64,000 bases of DNA from an uncultured Gammaproteobacteria bacterium (GCA_964402565.1 CAYOCJ010000002.1:316659-380658); one strand, 5' to 3'. Numbered from the stretch's first letter, positions 27,948 to 38,227 are shown. Numbers and translations: made by a program. The notes: a model not told the origin generated them from the letters alone.

Positions 27948-29087
27948 ATGCCGGAAGATCAACTGAACCCTAGCGAGCCGGATATCGTGCTGCTCGCGAG
28001 TCAGGACGAATACGCCAAGTATTACAACTTGATGACGGTCGTATTGTCCCGGCTCGTCGCGTGGCATCGAAAACTGGCGAGCCAAGGGCAATACGAGGCA
28101 GGGGTCATCGAGCAATTCGTCGAGCGTCTGCTCTACACCATCCGCGTTCTGCGGATGAAGTACACGTACAGCGTCGAGCACGGACTCAAGGTCGATCTCA
28201 CTGACTCGGGTTTTCCCGCAGCCATGGAGATCATGCACCTGGAAACCGATCTCGCGCGAAAGGAAGAGGTCCTGAGGGCCCTTCCTCCGGCGTCGTTCTT
28301 GAAACTCAGCATGTTGGATACGCTCCTCAAGGAGCGGGTCGAACCGCGCGAGCTTCTGTGGCAGATGTCTCAACGTGCCTACATGACCATGCTGGATCCG
28401 GATAAAGTGTTTCTCACGTTCAGTCCTGGCAAGCTCGAACAGCGAGGCCAGGATGTGAATGAACGGCAATATGTGTTCTCGTGGGGCTGCTACGATTTCC
28501 AGAAAAGCAGACCCTACGTGCACGTCATGACGTTCACCCAAGACCGATCGAGCGACCCGCTGCATTTGGAAGGGCCGACCTATGCCCACTTCATGCAGGT
28601 GGTCAAGCACGAGGGTTCCCGCGCACCCGACCTGGCCATCCTCGCTGCGTCTATCGACGACGCTCTCGAGGATATTCATCCGAAGGTCATCAAGCGGGTG
28701 TGTATCGGACCCATGTTCTCACGCTCAGTGGTTCACGGTTCAGAGGTTACGACCGATCCGCTCTACCGCAGTTTGGCCGAACTTCTGTACCAACAGAGCA
28801 AGGCCGACGACGAGTTCCTCCTCGCCTTCAAGGAAGAGGTAGTGTTCTCGAGAGAGCAGCAGGTTACAAAAAAGCTGTTCGCGTCGTCCCGCGTCCGGGA
28901 GATCTTCCACATTCCCGTGGATGACCCCGAGTGTTACCAGAGCCGCGCTTCGGTCGTGCATCGAAGCGTCATTCTGTCGCATGCATTGCTGCAACATATC
29001 GACGGGCTTGGCGATTCTGCCCTGCCCGGCTTCGAGAAGTTCGGCAAGATCACGTATTCGGCAGACGGAGGACTCTATGGCGTCTAG
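27948..29087 (+). CDS. Conserved-looking hypothetical protein
   Basis: TAAGGAG SD; overlaps ATPase start; SGFP and RPY.H motifs. Confidence 0.8.
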   Translation: MPEDQLNPSEPDIVLLASQDEYAKYYNLMTVVLSRLVAWHRKLASQGQYEAGVIEQFVERLLYTIRVLRMKYTYSVEHGLKVDLTDSGFPAAMEIMHLETDLARKEEVLRALPPASFLKLSMLDTLLKERVEPRELLWQMSQRAYMTMLDPDKVFLTFSPGKLEQRGQDVNERQYVFSWGCYDFQKSRPYVHVMTFTQDRSSDPLHLEGPTYAHFMQVVKHEGSRAPDLAILAASIDDALEDIHPKVIKRVCIGPMFSRSVVHGSEVTTDPLYRSLAELLYQQSKADDEFLLAFKEEVVFSREQQVTKKLFASSRVREIFHIPVDDPECYQSRASVVHRSVILSHALLQHIDGLGDSALPGFEKFGKITYSADGGLYGV

Positions 29088-31035
29088 CCAGTCCGGTGTA
29101 ACGATCGAGGAAGCCGATGTTCGGAAATTCCTCGACCGTGCGAACCCCCTGCTTGCTGCAGCGAAATGGCAGCCAAAGCAGGATCCGTTCGCGAAAAGCA
29201 AAGAGCAAGGAGCAGGCGGGTGGCGCGACTCTACAACGTTGCCGCTCGCTGAGCAGTCGATTTCGATCGTCTCCTTCACACGGAAGCTCGCCGATGATGC
29301 GCTTCTGCTGCCCGATGGCTTCAACCACGTGTTGGGCATCGTACGCAAAGGCTTGTGTCTCGGCATGCATCTGTGCCAGCAGTACACCAGATTCTCCGGC
29401 TTGGAGGAACTGGTGCGGCTGAACCAGCGCGGCGCGCTGACAGGCGAGCAGAAAACTCGCTTCAGCGAGATGCAGGTCACGGCAGCTGCTGTCGCTGCGT
29501 TTTCCTCAGCCTACTATGTGGTCTGGAGCCTTTCAGACTACAGAACGGATGAGACTTCAGGGGTCAATATCAAGCTCGACGGTTTACCCGAGCTTGCGCT
29601 CGTGAATCCGGTTTCCGCCTTCCAGTGCATGGTGTTCTATTACGCCGCGTATCTGGAGCGGAGCGGGCAAGTTGCGAGCGAGCTGGATTTCATCGCGATG
29701 ACGAACCTGTATTTCAAGGCCGTCATTGACGAGATCCAGCGGAAAGCAGAATCGTTCAGGCAGGCGGAATCCTTCACAGGCCAGACCTATCGTTTGGCCG
29801 GCAGCGAGTTCTCGATCAACGGGTTCGCGGCCGACCTCAAGGCAGGCAATGGCAGCGTGGAGTTCAACCGCGTCGACCTCGACGACATCGTCGGCAACCA
29901 AGACGCGAAGCACAAAGCGTTGCGGCTCGCCGAACGATTGATGTGCTACGACCTGGTGGCGCAGCGGAATCCCATGAGCGAACTCGGAGGCTTGGCCTTC
30001 GTTCGCATGGGCCACGGCGTGCCGGGTACGGGCAAGACGATGCAGATCTCTGCGACCGCTACCATGTTGTACGATTGGTGTACGGCACTCGGGATACCGT
30101 TCTTCTTCAATCCGATGCCGGATAACATCGTCTCAACGTTCCAGGGCGGTTCAGCAGAACGGGCTATCGCTTGGATGAAGCCCCTCTTCGATCCGAAGCG
30201 GATCATCTATGCGCCGGCCGATGACGCAGAGAATAACTACGAGGACCGGACACGGCAGGGAGTTTCCGCCGGCGTTCGAGAGGTCATCGGAGTCTTTCTG
30301 CGCCATACCGAGGGCGCCTACGCTATCAAGCGGGGCAACTCGGTGATCGAACTCTTCACGAATATCCCGGACCAGATCGATCCGGCCGTTCTTTCACGAG
30401 TCCTTGACCGGTTCGTGATCGGCGGTGCGCTCGAGTGGTACGACTTCGTGGACCAGGACTATCTCTGGTGGCGCAAGCTCAAGGCGGTAGATCCGACGTT
30501 CATCGACATGGAGGATCCGAAAGGATTCACCTATCTCGAGAAGCAGAAGGTGGTAGCGAGCCTGGCTGACGCTTACTCGGCTCAGACCCAGGAAGTGACA
30601 CCTTCGGTGAAGGAGCTCGATCGCATCATTGCGGAAGTCGAATCACAGTATCCGCGGCACGGCCATGAATTTTATGGCCGGCTGTTCGCGGCCTTCAAGA
30701 AAGCGTTCCCGGGGTTTTCCTCGAGGGACGTTCGAAATATCCAGACCCTCATCAGCGAGCGGATCCTGGACTTCGGGTTGCCAGCCGAATGGCTCAAGGA
30801 CCCGGAGATGTTCTATCGCAAGGACTACGCCACAAAGCTCGGGATGCTGAAGGAGCTCATGCGCGAGTCCATGCGCGGCTTGCATTTCGCCGAGGTGCGT
30901 TGGCAGGAGACCTATCGCTATCTCGTCCAGTTCCTGCGAATTCAGGAAACGGGCAGCGAGCGAGAGATCAAGAGAATGGCCGAGCACATTCGGCTGCAAG
31001 CCGAAGCGACAAGGCGAGTCAGTTCGCGATCGTAA
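29077..31035 (+). CDS. AAA+ ATPase with long helical N-terminus
   Basis: Walker A GVPGTGKT, atypical Walker B IYAPADD, FTN, DPAVLSR; GGAGG SD. Confidence 0.88.
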   Translation: MASSQSGVTIEEADVRKFLDRANPLLAAAKWQPKQDPFAKSKEQGAGGWRDSTTLPLAEQSISIVSFTRKLADDALLLPDGFNHVLGIVRKGLCLGMHLCQQYTRFSGLEELVRLNQRGALTGEQKTRFSEMQVTAAAVAAFSSAYYVVWSLSDYRTDETSGVNIKLDGLPELALVNPVSAFQCMVFYYAAYLERSGQVASELDFIAMTNLYFKAVIDEIQRKAESFRQAESFTGQTYRLAGSEFSINGFAADLKAGNGSVEFNRVDLDDIVGNQDAKHKALRLAERLMCYDLVAQRNPMSELGGLAFVRMGHGVPGTGKTMQISATATMLYDWCTALGIPFFFNPMPDNIVSTFQGGSAERAIAWMKPLFDPKRIIYAPADDAENNYEDRTRQGVSAGVREVIGVFLRHTEGAYAIKRGNSVIELFTNIPDQIDPAVLSRVLDRFVIGGALEWYDFVDQDYLWWRKLKAVDPTFIDMEDPKGFTYLEKQKVVASLADAYSAQTQEVTPSVKELDRIIAEVESQYPRHGHEFYGRLFAAFKKAFPGFSSRDVRNIQTLISERILDFGLPAEWLKDPEMFYRKDYATKLGMLKELMRESMRGLHFAEVRWQETYRYLVQFLRIQETGSEREIKRMAEHIRLQAEATRRVSSRS

Positions 31036-31088
31036 CCAGGTAGCCAGAGCGGGGAAACTCGCTCTGGCGCCTATCCTAAGGAGTAGGA

Positions 31089-32354
31089 ATGCAGAAGCTC
31101 ATCGAAGCCGGCCTCATCGGAGATGGCTTGGTCACGGTCGATTCGCCAGCGATGGTGGATCGATACAACCAGGCGCTCGAGGAGAGCGGCGTATCGAGGA
31201 CACAGCTCACTGCGTTCACGATCGACGGCATCGGCTGGAGTCCGGAGGTGGCGACGGAATGCAATAACCGTTTCTACCTGTCGGTCGGTCTGCCGAATCA
31301 GGTCGGCATCATCTTGTCGCCTGATCAGGAAGGGAAACCGATCTACTTCCCTTTCAGAAGCTTCGATCGAGACCTGATGAGCATCTACTTCAAGCGGTTC
31401 GCGCAGGAGATCGCTGATGTGACGAGGCGATCACCGATCGTCCTCGACATCGACCAGGGCGTGACGGATTACGAAACGCCACTGGATCTCCTCCTGACAA
31501 ATCAGTTCGTTGTGCATTCCTCAGCCGGGAAGCTGGCAGAGGAGGCGCGAGTTCAGCAGGACATCGTCGGACGCTTCATGGCGGACGACGAAACCTGGTT
31601 CGACACCGCGATCCGCCAGCAACTGATCGACAGCGGCAAACAGCATGGCGATCTACGGTACCGCAAGGTAACGATTCCAGATATGCGCTATGACGACGTG
31701 CGGGACTTTTATACCCGTGCGTTCGGCGGCGCGTACCTGTTTCGGAGCCACGGCGGCCCCGAGATCCTCGTACTGGAAGATGCGAGCCTTGTCTCACAAA
31801 CGAAGCGTCGAGGCGTTGTCGTGTACACCACGACGTCTACCAAAGCGCTCGATCAACTCCGCGACTGCGGATTGATCGACATCGACCTCGCGTGGTATCG
31901 GGATCACCCCGAGCAACTGCAACATCTGTACGACAGTTTGGTCGGCGACTTCTTGTGTCGCGAACGGCCTGAGATGGTCCTGGACGATGTGCCGGCGACG
32001 CAGCGCAAGAAATTGCTGCTGTCGCTCAAGGCATCGGCGCCACCGGCTATCTTCGACCTCGAGCGGCTCATGAAGAAGCTCAAGAGCGATTCGCAAGCGC
32101 TGCCGACGGTGCTGTCGACAGATCTCCAGCATGTGCTGATGCATCCGGCTGCTACCGTGTTGAACGGCAGCAGGCGCGTCATCTGGCAGCTGCTGGCCGG
32201 TTATCAGCCGTGGAATGTTTCACGGCAGTATTTCTACAGACGGAACGAATTCGTGGAACAGATCGCCAACTGGCCCGAGCCGATGCAAAGCTGGGCCATC
32301 GAGCTGATCCAGCGGCGGTATCGTCGCGTCATGGATCAGCAAAAGGAGCAATGA
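31089..32354 (+). CDS. DUF6638-like protein
   Basis: N-terminus L..AGL...V.RYN.AL...T.L..F.ID..G.SPEVA recalled as DUF6638 (unverified); TAAGGAG SD. Confidence 0.65.
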   Translation: MQKLIEAGLIGDGLVTVDSPAMVDRYNQALEESGVSRTQLTAFTIDGIGWSPEVATECNNRFYLSVGLPNQVGIILSPDQEGKPIYFPFRSFDRDLMSIYFKRFAQEIADVTRRSPIVLDIDQGVTDYETPLDLLLTNQFVVHSSAGKLAEEARVQQDIVGRFMADDETWFDTAIRQQLIDSGKQHGDLRYRKVTIPDMRYDDVRDFYTRAFGGAYLFRSHGGPEILVLEDASLVSQTKRRGVVVYTTTSTKALDQLRDCGLIDIDLAWYRDHPEQLQHLYDSLVGDFLCRERPEMVLDDVPATQRKKLLLSLKASAPPAIFDLERLMKKLKSDSQALPTVLSTDLQHVLMHPAATVLNGSRRVIWQLLAGYQPWNVSRQYFYRRNEFVEQIANWPEPMQSWAIELIQRRYRRVMDQQKEQ

Positions 32355-32355
32355 C

Positions 32356-33000
32356 ATGCCGGCATTTGCGAGCTATCTCCTGTCCATGGTGATTCTCTAC
32401 TTCCTTTCCGGCGCCATCCTGTACAACCTGGATATCGCTTTCGGAGTCCCCGTCGTGACGTGGTGGTATAACCTCACGCACAAGAGCCCCTTGCCTGACG
32501 GCCAGGAGAAAGGTTTCATCTTTCGCCGGCCGACCAAGGTGAAGGGAGTATGGGCGGTTCTGATCTCGTCGGCGTTCAGCATCGCGGTGATGTACTACAG
32601 CCACTCAGTCAATATCGTCGTCGAGGTCTTCGCCTGGGCAGTCCAGGTTCCGTGCATGCTTTTCGGCATGCACATCCTGGGTCGTCCATTGGGAAACCTT
32701 TGGAGCAAGCGCGAGCATGTCTATCAGAAGCTCGACGCACTCGAGTCCGGCGAGACCACACTCAGCGCGGAAGCTCGCAGGATTGCGACTACCGTCGCCG
32801 GCAGAGCACGCGGTCTGAAGGACGAGCTGGCTGCGGCACCAAAGCCTCAGCCTGTGTCCGTTGAGCCTGCTCCGGTGCCGGTGGAGTCCGCGCCCGTCGT
32901 TGTGAACGACAGCACGGCTGCTCCCGAACCCCAGCCCGAAGAAGATCCGACGGCTGGGATGAAGAAGTTCAACGACAAGTACGGCATCAAGAGTCGTTGA
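32356..33000 (+). CDS. Membrane protein with Pro-rich C-terminal tail
   Basis: 3 hydrophobic segments; AAGGAG SD; 1-nt gap. Confidence 0.8.
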   Translation: MPAFASYLLSMVILYFLSGAILYNLDIAFGVPVVTWWYNLTHKSPLPDGQEKGFIFRRPTKVKGVWAVLISSAFSIAVMYYSHSVNIVVEVFAWAVQVPCMLFGMHILGRPLGNLWSKREHVYQKLDALESGETTLSAEARRIATTVAGRARGLKDELAAAPKPQPVSVEPAPVPVESAPVVVNDSTAAPEPQPEEDPTAGMKKFNDKYGIKSR

Positions 33001-33001
33001 C

Positions 33002-34624
33002 ATGGGCCCTTCACTTCAAGAGAAGCCTCGAGCGATCGAGGCAGAGAAAGACAACCACGGAGCGCTCTACTGGTTCGCCAGGCGAGTGCTCGGAGGAGTT
33101 GGTCGCTTCTACGGCCGTCACTGGTTCGCAGGAACGATCTTCCTCGTACTGTTTGTCGGAATCACGTTCTGGCTGCGGCCTCTCTACCAGCCCTATGTGC
33201 TGGGGGTCCGCAAGTTCAGCTTCCTGGTTCCGCTCTTCGCGCCGATCGCCTTCTTCCTTTCATGGGCGGTCCGCAAGCGCTCACTGCACTTCAAGATCCT
33301 GATCTGGGCGGTCATCATCGCCCTGATCGGCGGTGCCTGGAAGTGGGAGTCGGGCGCCTACCACTACTGCAAGCTCTACCTCAGATATCGGGATCTCCCG
33401 AAGACAGAGCTCACGCAGTTGCCGCTTACTGATCATGAGCGGATCCAGCCACTGCACTCGGTGTATACGCAGGCGCTGGAGAACATGACGGATGTCGAAC
33501 GGCCGACACGGTTCGACTTCGTCCGGATCGGTGACGAGTATCACTTCACTGCCGCGATCGAGCCAGCAAAGTCGATCAGGCAGACTGTGGGATCGATCAC
33601 CGAACTCCTGTCAGTTCCTGGTACGGTTCCGGCGGCGAATTTCGCTCCCGAGAGTCGTATCAAAGTTCATTTCAATGAAGGCGAGACGATGTACTTGTCG
33701 CACAATATCTTCACTTCCGTGCGGCGAGCATTCAGCCCCTCGCTCTTCTGGTCCTATGAGCCATCCGATGTCTTCCGCGTCCAGAACGACAAGGGAGAAT
33801 GGGTACAAGTCGTATCGCTCATCCACTGGACCGGCATCCTGTTCCCGCGTCCGGAGTTCGGCGGAGTGTATATCGTGCCGCAAGCTGATAGCTCGCCGGC
33901 CGAAGCGCTTCGCAGGACGCTCTGGGGCAGCGGGACATGGGTTCCACCGGAACGTCTGGCTGAGCATCCGTTTCTCATCGGCCAGAACACGGTCGCGTTC
34001 GACATCAGTCGTTTCGCGGCAGAAAGCTTCCGGTTCCAATACGGCTTCTGGGCTCCTGCTCCCGGGTATCACTACAACGACATTCGCATTCCGGAGTTAC
34101 CCGGTGATCAGAACGCCATGCCGTATACCTGTTTCTTCCGTCTCAGCGAGGCGAAGGGGCAAGACAAGCTCTATCAGTACTTCGCCATGGAGCCTTACGA
34201 CGCTGACAAGCAGGGTCTGACGCTTTCGATCTTTTACCCTGCTGACGGCATCGGCTCTGTCTACTACTATCGGCACAATGAACGCGGAGGAGTCGTATCC
34301 GGCGTCTCGGCCATCGCCGCTAAGGTGATGGAATCCAAGAAGCAATACGACTGGACGCGACATCGGCCGGTGGAACACCTGCCCTACATCAAGGACATGG
34401 CTGGAGGCCGACGCTTCTTCTGGAAAACGACGGTCATCACGATGAAAGACCCGATCGTCGACGCCAAGGGGAACAAGGACTCTACCCAGTTCTACATCGC
34501 GGGCACGGTGCCGGAGATCGTCTTCACCGACACCGTCACGAAAATGCCTACTTGGGTCGACTCGCATCACCCGGAAACGTGGGCACAAGACCTCGAAACC
34601 CAGATGAAAGATATCTGGAAGTAG
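33002..34624 (+). CDS. Membrane-anchored protein with large soluble domain
   Basis: 3 N-terminal TM then about 420 aa beta-rich domain; 1-nt gap. Confidence 0.8.
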   Translation: MGPSLQEKPRAIEAEKDNHGALYWFARRVLGGVGRFYGRHWFAGTIFLVLFVGITFWLRPLYQPYVLGVRKFSFLVPLFAPIAFFLSWAVRKRSLHFKILIWAVIIALIGGAWKWESGAYHYCKLYLRYRDLPKTELTQLPLTDHERIQPLHSVYTQALENMTDVERPTRFDFVRIGDEYHFTAAIEPAKSIRQTVGSITELLSVPGTVPAANFAPESRIKVHFNEGETMYLSHNIFTSVRRAFSPSLFWSYEPSDVFRVQNDKGEWVQVVSLIHWTGILFPRPEFGGVYIVPQADSSPAEALRRTLWGSGTWVPPERLAEHPFLIGQNTVAFDISRFAAESFRFQYGFWAPAPGYHYNDIRIPELPGDQNAMPYTCFFRLSEAKGQDKLYQYFAMEPYDADKQGLTLSIFYPADGIGSVYYYRHNERGGVVSGVSAIAAKVMESKKQYDWTRHRPVEHLPYIKDMAGGRRFFWKTTVITMKDPIVDAKGNKDSTQFYIAGTVPEIVFTDTVTKMPTWVDSHHPETWAQDLETQMKDIWK

Positions 34625-34664
34625 AGGCACAATTCGCACCTTCAATAATAAGCGCATGAAGCGC

Positions 34665-34700
34665 GGCGGGATCCAAACTTGGGTCCCGCTTTTTCTTTTC
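34665..34700 (+). terminator. Intrinsic terminator of the 7-gene operon
   Basis: GCGGGATCCAA-AC-TTGGGTCCCGC-TTTTTCTTTT. Confidence 0.75.
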
Positions 34701-34706
34701 CAGTAC

Positions 34707-34735
34707 TTGACAAAATCTATAATTTACAGTACTCT
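34707..34735 (+). promoter_or_regulatory. Sigma70 promoter
   Basis: TTGACA-17-TACTCT. Confidence 0.6.
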
Positions 34736-34790
34736 ATCAAGTTCACATTTAAACAGAAAATCGTCCTTTCCCAAGAAAGGGGAGTGCCAG

Positions 34791-36059
34791 ATGATCGAGT
34801 TTATCAGCAGATACGTATCGGTCCTGGGCCTCCCGCAAAGCTATGCCCAGGCGCTGACTCATGTCATCGCCGTTTTGTTCGTTGCGGCTTTGAGCTTCCT
34901 GTCCAATCTGGTCGCGAAACGGATCATCGTTCGGGTCATGAATTTCATTGTCAGCCGGACGAAGAACCAGTGGGACGACGTGCTCGCCAAGTGGAAAGTG
35001 TTCACCAGGCTCTCGCATCTCGTACCGGTTCTGGTGATCTGGTATCTCGCACCTCAGGCGATTCCGCCATCATCATTTCTCGAGTCGCTCATCGAGCGCG
35101 CTGTCGGCCTGTACGTCGTATGGGTAAGCGTTTCGATCATGTGGGCGGTTACCAATGCTGTCCGCGATGTATACGACCGCTATCCGATCTCGAAACGGAT
35201 CGGCATCACGAGCTTTATCCAGACGGCGAGGATCCTGCTGGTCATTCTGGCCAGCATCCTGTCGCTGTCGATCGCGCTCGCAAAGCCGTTCGGAGTTTTG
35301 ATCGGCGGCATCATCGCGTCCGCTGCGGTCTTCGCGCTGCTCTTGCGCGAACCGATCCAGAATTTCGGAGCCAGTCTGTGGATCGTCTCTCATCAACTCG
35401 TCCGCAAGGGCGAACGGATCGAGATCCAAAGCTGCCAGGTGGATGGCGAGGTCGTCGAGATCAGCCTTCACACCATCGTCGTTCGTCAGAATGACATGAC
35501 GCTGAAAGCGTTTCCTACCTACAAGCTCCTGAGCGAGGGCGTGAAGAACTGGCGCGGCATCACTTCAGCCGGAGGACGGCGGATCCAGCGTTCGATCTGG
35601 ATCGACATGGGAACCATCAAATTCCTCAGTGGCGACGCGCTTGTCCGCCTCGAACAGATCCCGCTCTTGAAACCGTATTTGGATACAGAGCTCGAAGCCT
35701 CGATGCACAGATCGGAGAAAGGAGTCGCGCCGGCTCAACCGTTCGTACATGGTTTTGCCCTGACGAACACGAGCCTGTTCCGTATCTACGTCGACCTGTA
35801 CCTGCGCCAACATCCCGGCATTCATCAAGTGCATACGATTCTGGTGCGCCAGCTGCAGCCGAAAGAATGCGGCTTGCCCATCGAGATCTATGCGGCCACG
35901 AATACGACCGACTGGCCGGAGCACGAGCGCATTCAGGCGGAGATCTTCGATCATCTGCTTGCGGCGCTTCCGTACTTCGAGCTCAGGGTGTACCAGGGAA
36001 TCTCGGGTGCGGATGTGGCGCGTGCCGCACTTGCTTCTGCCGAGATAGAGCGGAAATAG
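34791..36059 (+). CDS. MscS-family mechanosensitive channel (YbdG-like)
   Basis: DGEV..I.L, KNWRG....GGRRI.RS, VRQL.P...GLP.EIY, IQA.IFDH. Confidence 0.9.
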   Translation: MIEFISRYVSVLGLPQSYAQALTHVIAVLFVAALSFLSNLVAKRIIVRVMNFIVSRTKNQWDDVLAKWKVFTRLSHLVPVLVIWYLAPQAIPPSSFLESLIERAVGLYVVWVSVSIMWAVTNAVRDVYDRYPISKRIGITSFIQTARILLVILASILSLSIALAKPFGVLIGGIIASAAVFALLLREPIQNFGASLWIVSHQLVRKGERIEIQSCQVDGEVVEISLHTIVVRQNDMTLKAFPTYKLLSEGVKNWRGITSAGGRRIQRSIWIDMGTIKFLSGDALVRLEQIPLLKPYLDTELEASMHRSEKGVAPAQPFVHGFALTNTSLFRIYVDLYLRQHPGIHQVHTILVRQLQPKECGLPIEIYAATNTTDWPEHERIQAEIFDHLLAALPYFELRVYQGISGADVARAALASAEIERK

Positions 36060-36068
36060 GAGACAGTC

Positions 36069-36311
36069 ATGCTCATGTTCTGCGGCATTTTCTGCTTCAG
36101 CATCGTGGTCATCGGATACTTCGCGTGGCGCTGGAAAGAGCCCGCATGGAATATCCCGGTAGCAGCGCTGCTCGTTGCACTCGGCGTTGAGTTCGGGATC
36201 TGGCTCGATAGCAAGAGCTCGATCCTGTTCTTGGTCTTCGCTGCACTCTGCATCGCTGGCGGCTTCTGGTGCCTCAAGCCTCAAATCCGCCCGCCGACCA
36301 CCCCGCGTTAA
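36069..36311 (+). CDS. Small membrane protein
   Basis: AGGAG SD; 3 hydrophobic segments. Confidence 0.65.
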   Translation: MLMFCGIFCFSIVVIGYFAWRWKEPAWNIPVAALLVALGVEFGIWLDSKSSILFLVFAALCIAGGFWCLKPQIRPPTTPR

Positions 36312-36366
36312 CGATCAAAGCCGCCTGGGAGTACAGAAACCTTTCACCTGCCTCAAGGAGGGCACA

Positions 36367-36726
36367 ATGACCGATCCGAATGAACGCAGACAGAAGATGA
36401 AGGACGATCTCGCGAGCCTCTTCGGCGGAGCCAAAGCCGAGCTCAAGCACTTCGTCGACAAGGCGGAGGGGCACATCGACCGGGTGGTCGATGGAGCCAG
36501 GGAGCTTCACGAGGACTTCCACGCCGATCCGGAGGTCAAGCGCTTCAAGCGTAGGTTTAAATCCGGCCTGGCGAGTCTGGGCAAGAAGTTGGTGCACAAG
36601 CACGGCACCAAGGCGGAGAGCGAGGCTCTGCACAGGGCGAATCGCAAGAAGAAGGTGAAGGAAAGTCAGACGCCTCCGTCGGAACCCCCGGCGTCGCCTC
36701 AGACGCCGCCCGAGTCCGGCAGCTAG
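36367..36726 (+). CDS. Hypothetical amphipathic helical protein
   Basis: AAGGAGG SD before ATG 36367; terminator about 36785-36826. Confidence 0.65.
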   Translation: MTDPNERRQKMKDDLASLFGGAKAELKHFVDKAEGHIDRVVDGARELHEDFHADPEVKRFKRRFKSGLASLGKKLVHKHGTKAESEALHRANRKKKVKESQTPPSEPPASPQTPPESGS

Positions 36727-36835
36727 ACTCATCGTTCATTGCATCAATCGATCCGCGAGGATCGCGTCATCCTGAAATGGATGGGAACCCGCTGGTACGC
36801 CAGTCGATAAGGGTTCCTTTTTATTTTTAATACCA

Positions 36836-36890
36836 TTGACTTTTTTAACTCTTTTTGGTACTTTTCGCTGTCTTCTTTTGTCCATTAACA
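36836..36890 (+). promoter_or_regulatory. Sigma70 promoter plus boxA-like element
   Basis: TTGACT-17-TACTTT; TGTCCATTAACA 36879-36890. Confidence 0.65.
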
Positions 36891-36976
36891 TCGTGTTTTG
36901 AGAAACAACTGAAAGGGGGTGTTACAGTTAATTTCGGCGCCGGTATGGTAGTTTTTCCACGAGCGGAGAAAAAGAT

Positions 36977-37234
36977 GTGACAAGAGCAGATACTCCTACT
37001 GAAGCGCGCGTCCATGACGTGATTAACGGTAAGCACGGTTTTTTTGCTGTAACAGTAGATGAATCCGGCAAGATCGAAGGCTCGATCACGGTCTCGCTTG
37101 AAGAGAAAGACAATGTCTGGCTCGAAGCAAGGCATCCAAAGCGAGGTGAAATACTCCTGCTGGAGGACATCACCACAAAGCCTGCCGGATGGCGGGCTGG
37201 TCAGGCACGGTTCCTTCGTCCGACTGATCGGTAG
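36977..37234 (+). CDS. Small cold-shock-like OB-fold protein (paralog of 26129)
   Basis: GKHGFFA, SITVSL...W, GWRAGQARFLRP; GGAG SD. Confidence 0.7.
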   Translation: MTRADTPTEARVHDVINGKHGFFAVTVDESGKIEGSITVSLEEKDNVWLEARHPKRGEILLLEDITTKPAGWRAGQARFLRPTDR

Positions 37235-37298
37235 TTCCCACATGCTATTCCGGCATGTGGACAGCAACTAGCATCGAGAAAACAGAAGGAGTTGGATC

Positions 37299-38090
37299 TT
37301 GGACGACAACAACGAAATCCGAAGGCAGAAGTTGGCCGCCATCTTCAGATGGGGGCTGGGTCTTGTCGGTGCTGCGATCATCTCGCCTGTCGTTTTTTTG
37401 GCGGTGAAAGGCATCGTCGGGCTTGCGCTGGCAGTCGGCATCGGTTTCGCGGTCATTCAACTCGCGCCGGTCGTTGCGATGAAGCTCGCCAATTGGCGTA
37501 TGAAGCTCATCATCGACGAAGCCGAGAAGAATCCGATCGAGACCCTGCGCAACGAAACGCTCGACGCTGCCAAAGCTATCGACAGCAAAGACCAAGAGCT
37601 CGAAGACTGGGATACCGAGCTTCGGACATACGACGACGAACTCGTCAGCATCAAGCGGGATTATCCGGATGAGGCTGCCTCTTTCGAGCGCGTCAGCGAG
37701 GAGATGCATACTGGTCTGACGCAGGCTCGTGAGGAACAACAGCGTGCCCGTTGGGATCTCGAAGAAGCGAAGCGAACCGTCGACAAGATGGAGCGTCTCT
37801 ACAAAATGGCGCTCGCCGCACAACGGGTCAAGAGCTTCTCGAAGACCGCAGAAGAGGCGGTCATGGCTGACATCAGGCAGAAGGCAGCCATGGATTCTGT
37901 GCGCACCAATCTGAACCGGTCGCTTTCGCAGCTCAACACTGCGATGGCGAAACGGGCTGCCCGCCCCGCATTGACGGTTGCAGGAATGGGCCGGCAAGCG
38001 CTTGGCGCTGGTCGTCCCGCTACGATCGACATGTCCACTGATGCGAATCCCGCGAAGGTTCCGGTTCCGCGCGTTCGCGATAAGGAGTGA
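37299..38090 (+). CDS. Membrane-anchored PspA-like coiled-coil protein
   Basis: 2 TM, NPIETL turn, long coiled-coil hairpin; AAGGAG SD with TTG start. Confidence 0.7.
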   Translation: MDDNNEIRRQKLAAIFRWGLGLVGAAIISPVVFLAVKGIVGLALAVGIGFAVIQLAPVVAMKLANWRMKLIIDEAEKNPIETLRNETLDAAKAIDSKDQELEDWDTELRTYDDELVSIKRDYPDEAASFERVSEEMHTGLTQAREEQQRARWDLEEAKRTVDKMERLYKMALAAQRVKSFSKTAEEAVMADIRQKAAMDSVRTNLNRSLSQLNTAMAKRAARPALTVAGMGRQALGAGRPATIDMSTDANPAKVPVPRVRDKE

Positions 38091-38092
38091 AC

Positions 38093-38227
38093 GTGGGAAA
38101 CAAAAAGTATCGCATCGGCATCACGTTGCTCCTGCTCCTCATCCTGTTCCTCTGTTACGTCTACATCCAGAGCAATTCGCAGTCGTCCGATCCTCAGCAA
38201 GACGAACAAGGCATTCGGCTCCACTGA
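38093..38227 (+). CDS. 44-aa single-TM microprotein (not in ORF track)
   Basis: TAAGGAG SD, GTG start; MGNKKYRIGITLLLLLILFLCYVYIQSNSQSSDPQQDEQGIRLH. Confidence 0.65.
   Translation: MGNKKYRIGITLLLLLILFLCYVYIQSNSQSSDPQQDEQGIRLH

Noticed and set aside
26430-28679. 749-aa minus-strand ORF
   Set aside because: Antisense shadow of two SD-led, GC3-rich plus-strand genes; no motifs or SD.
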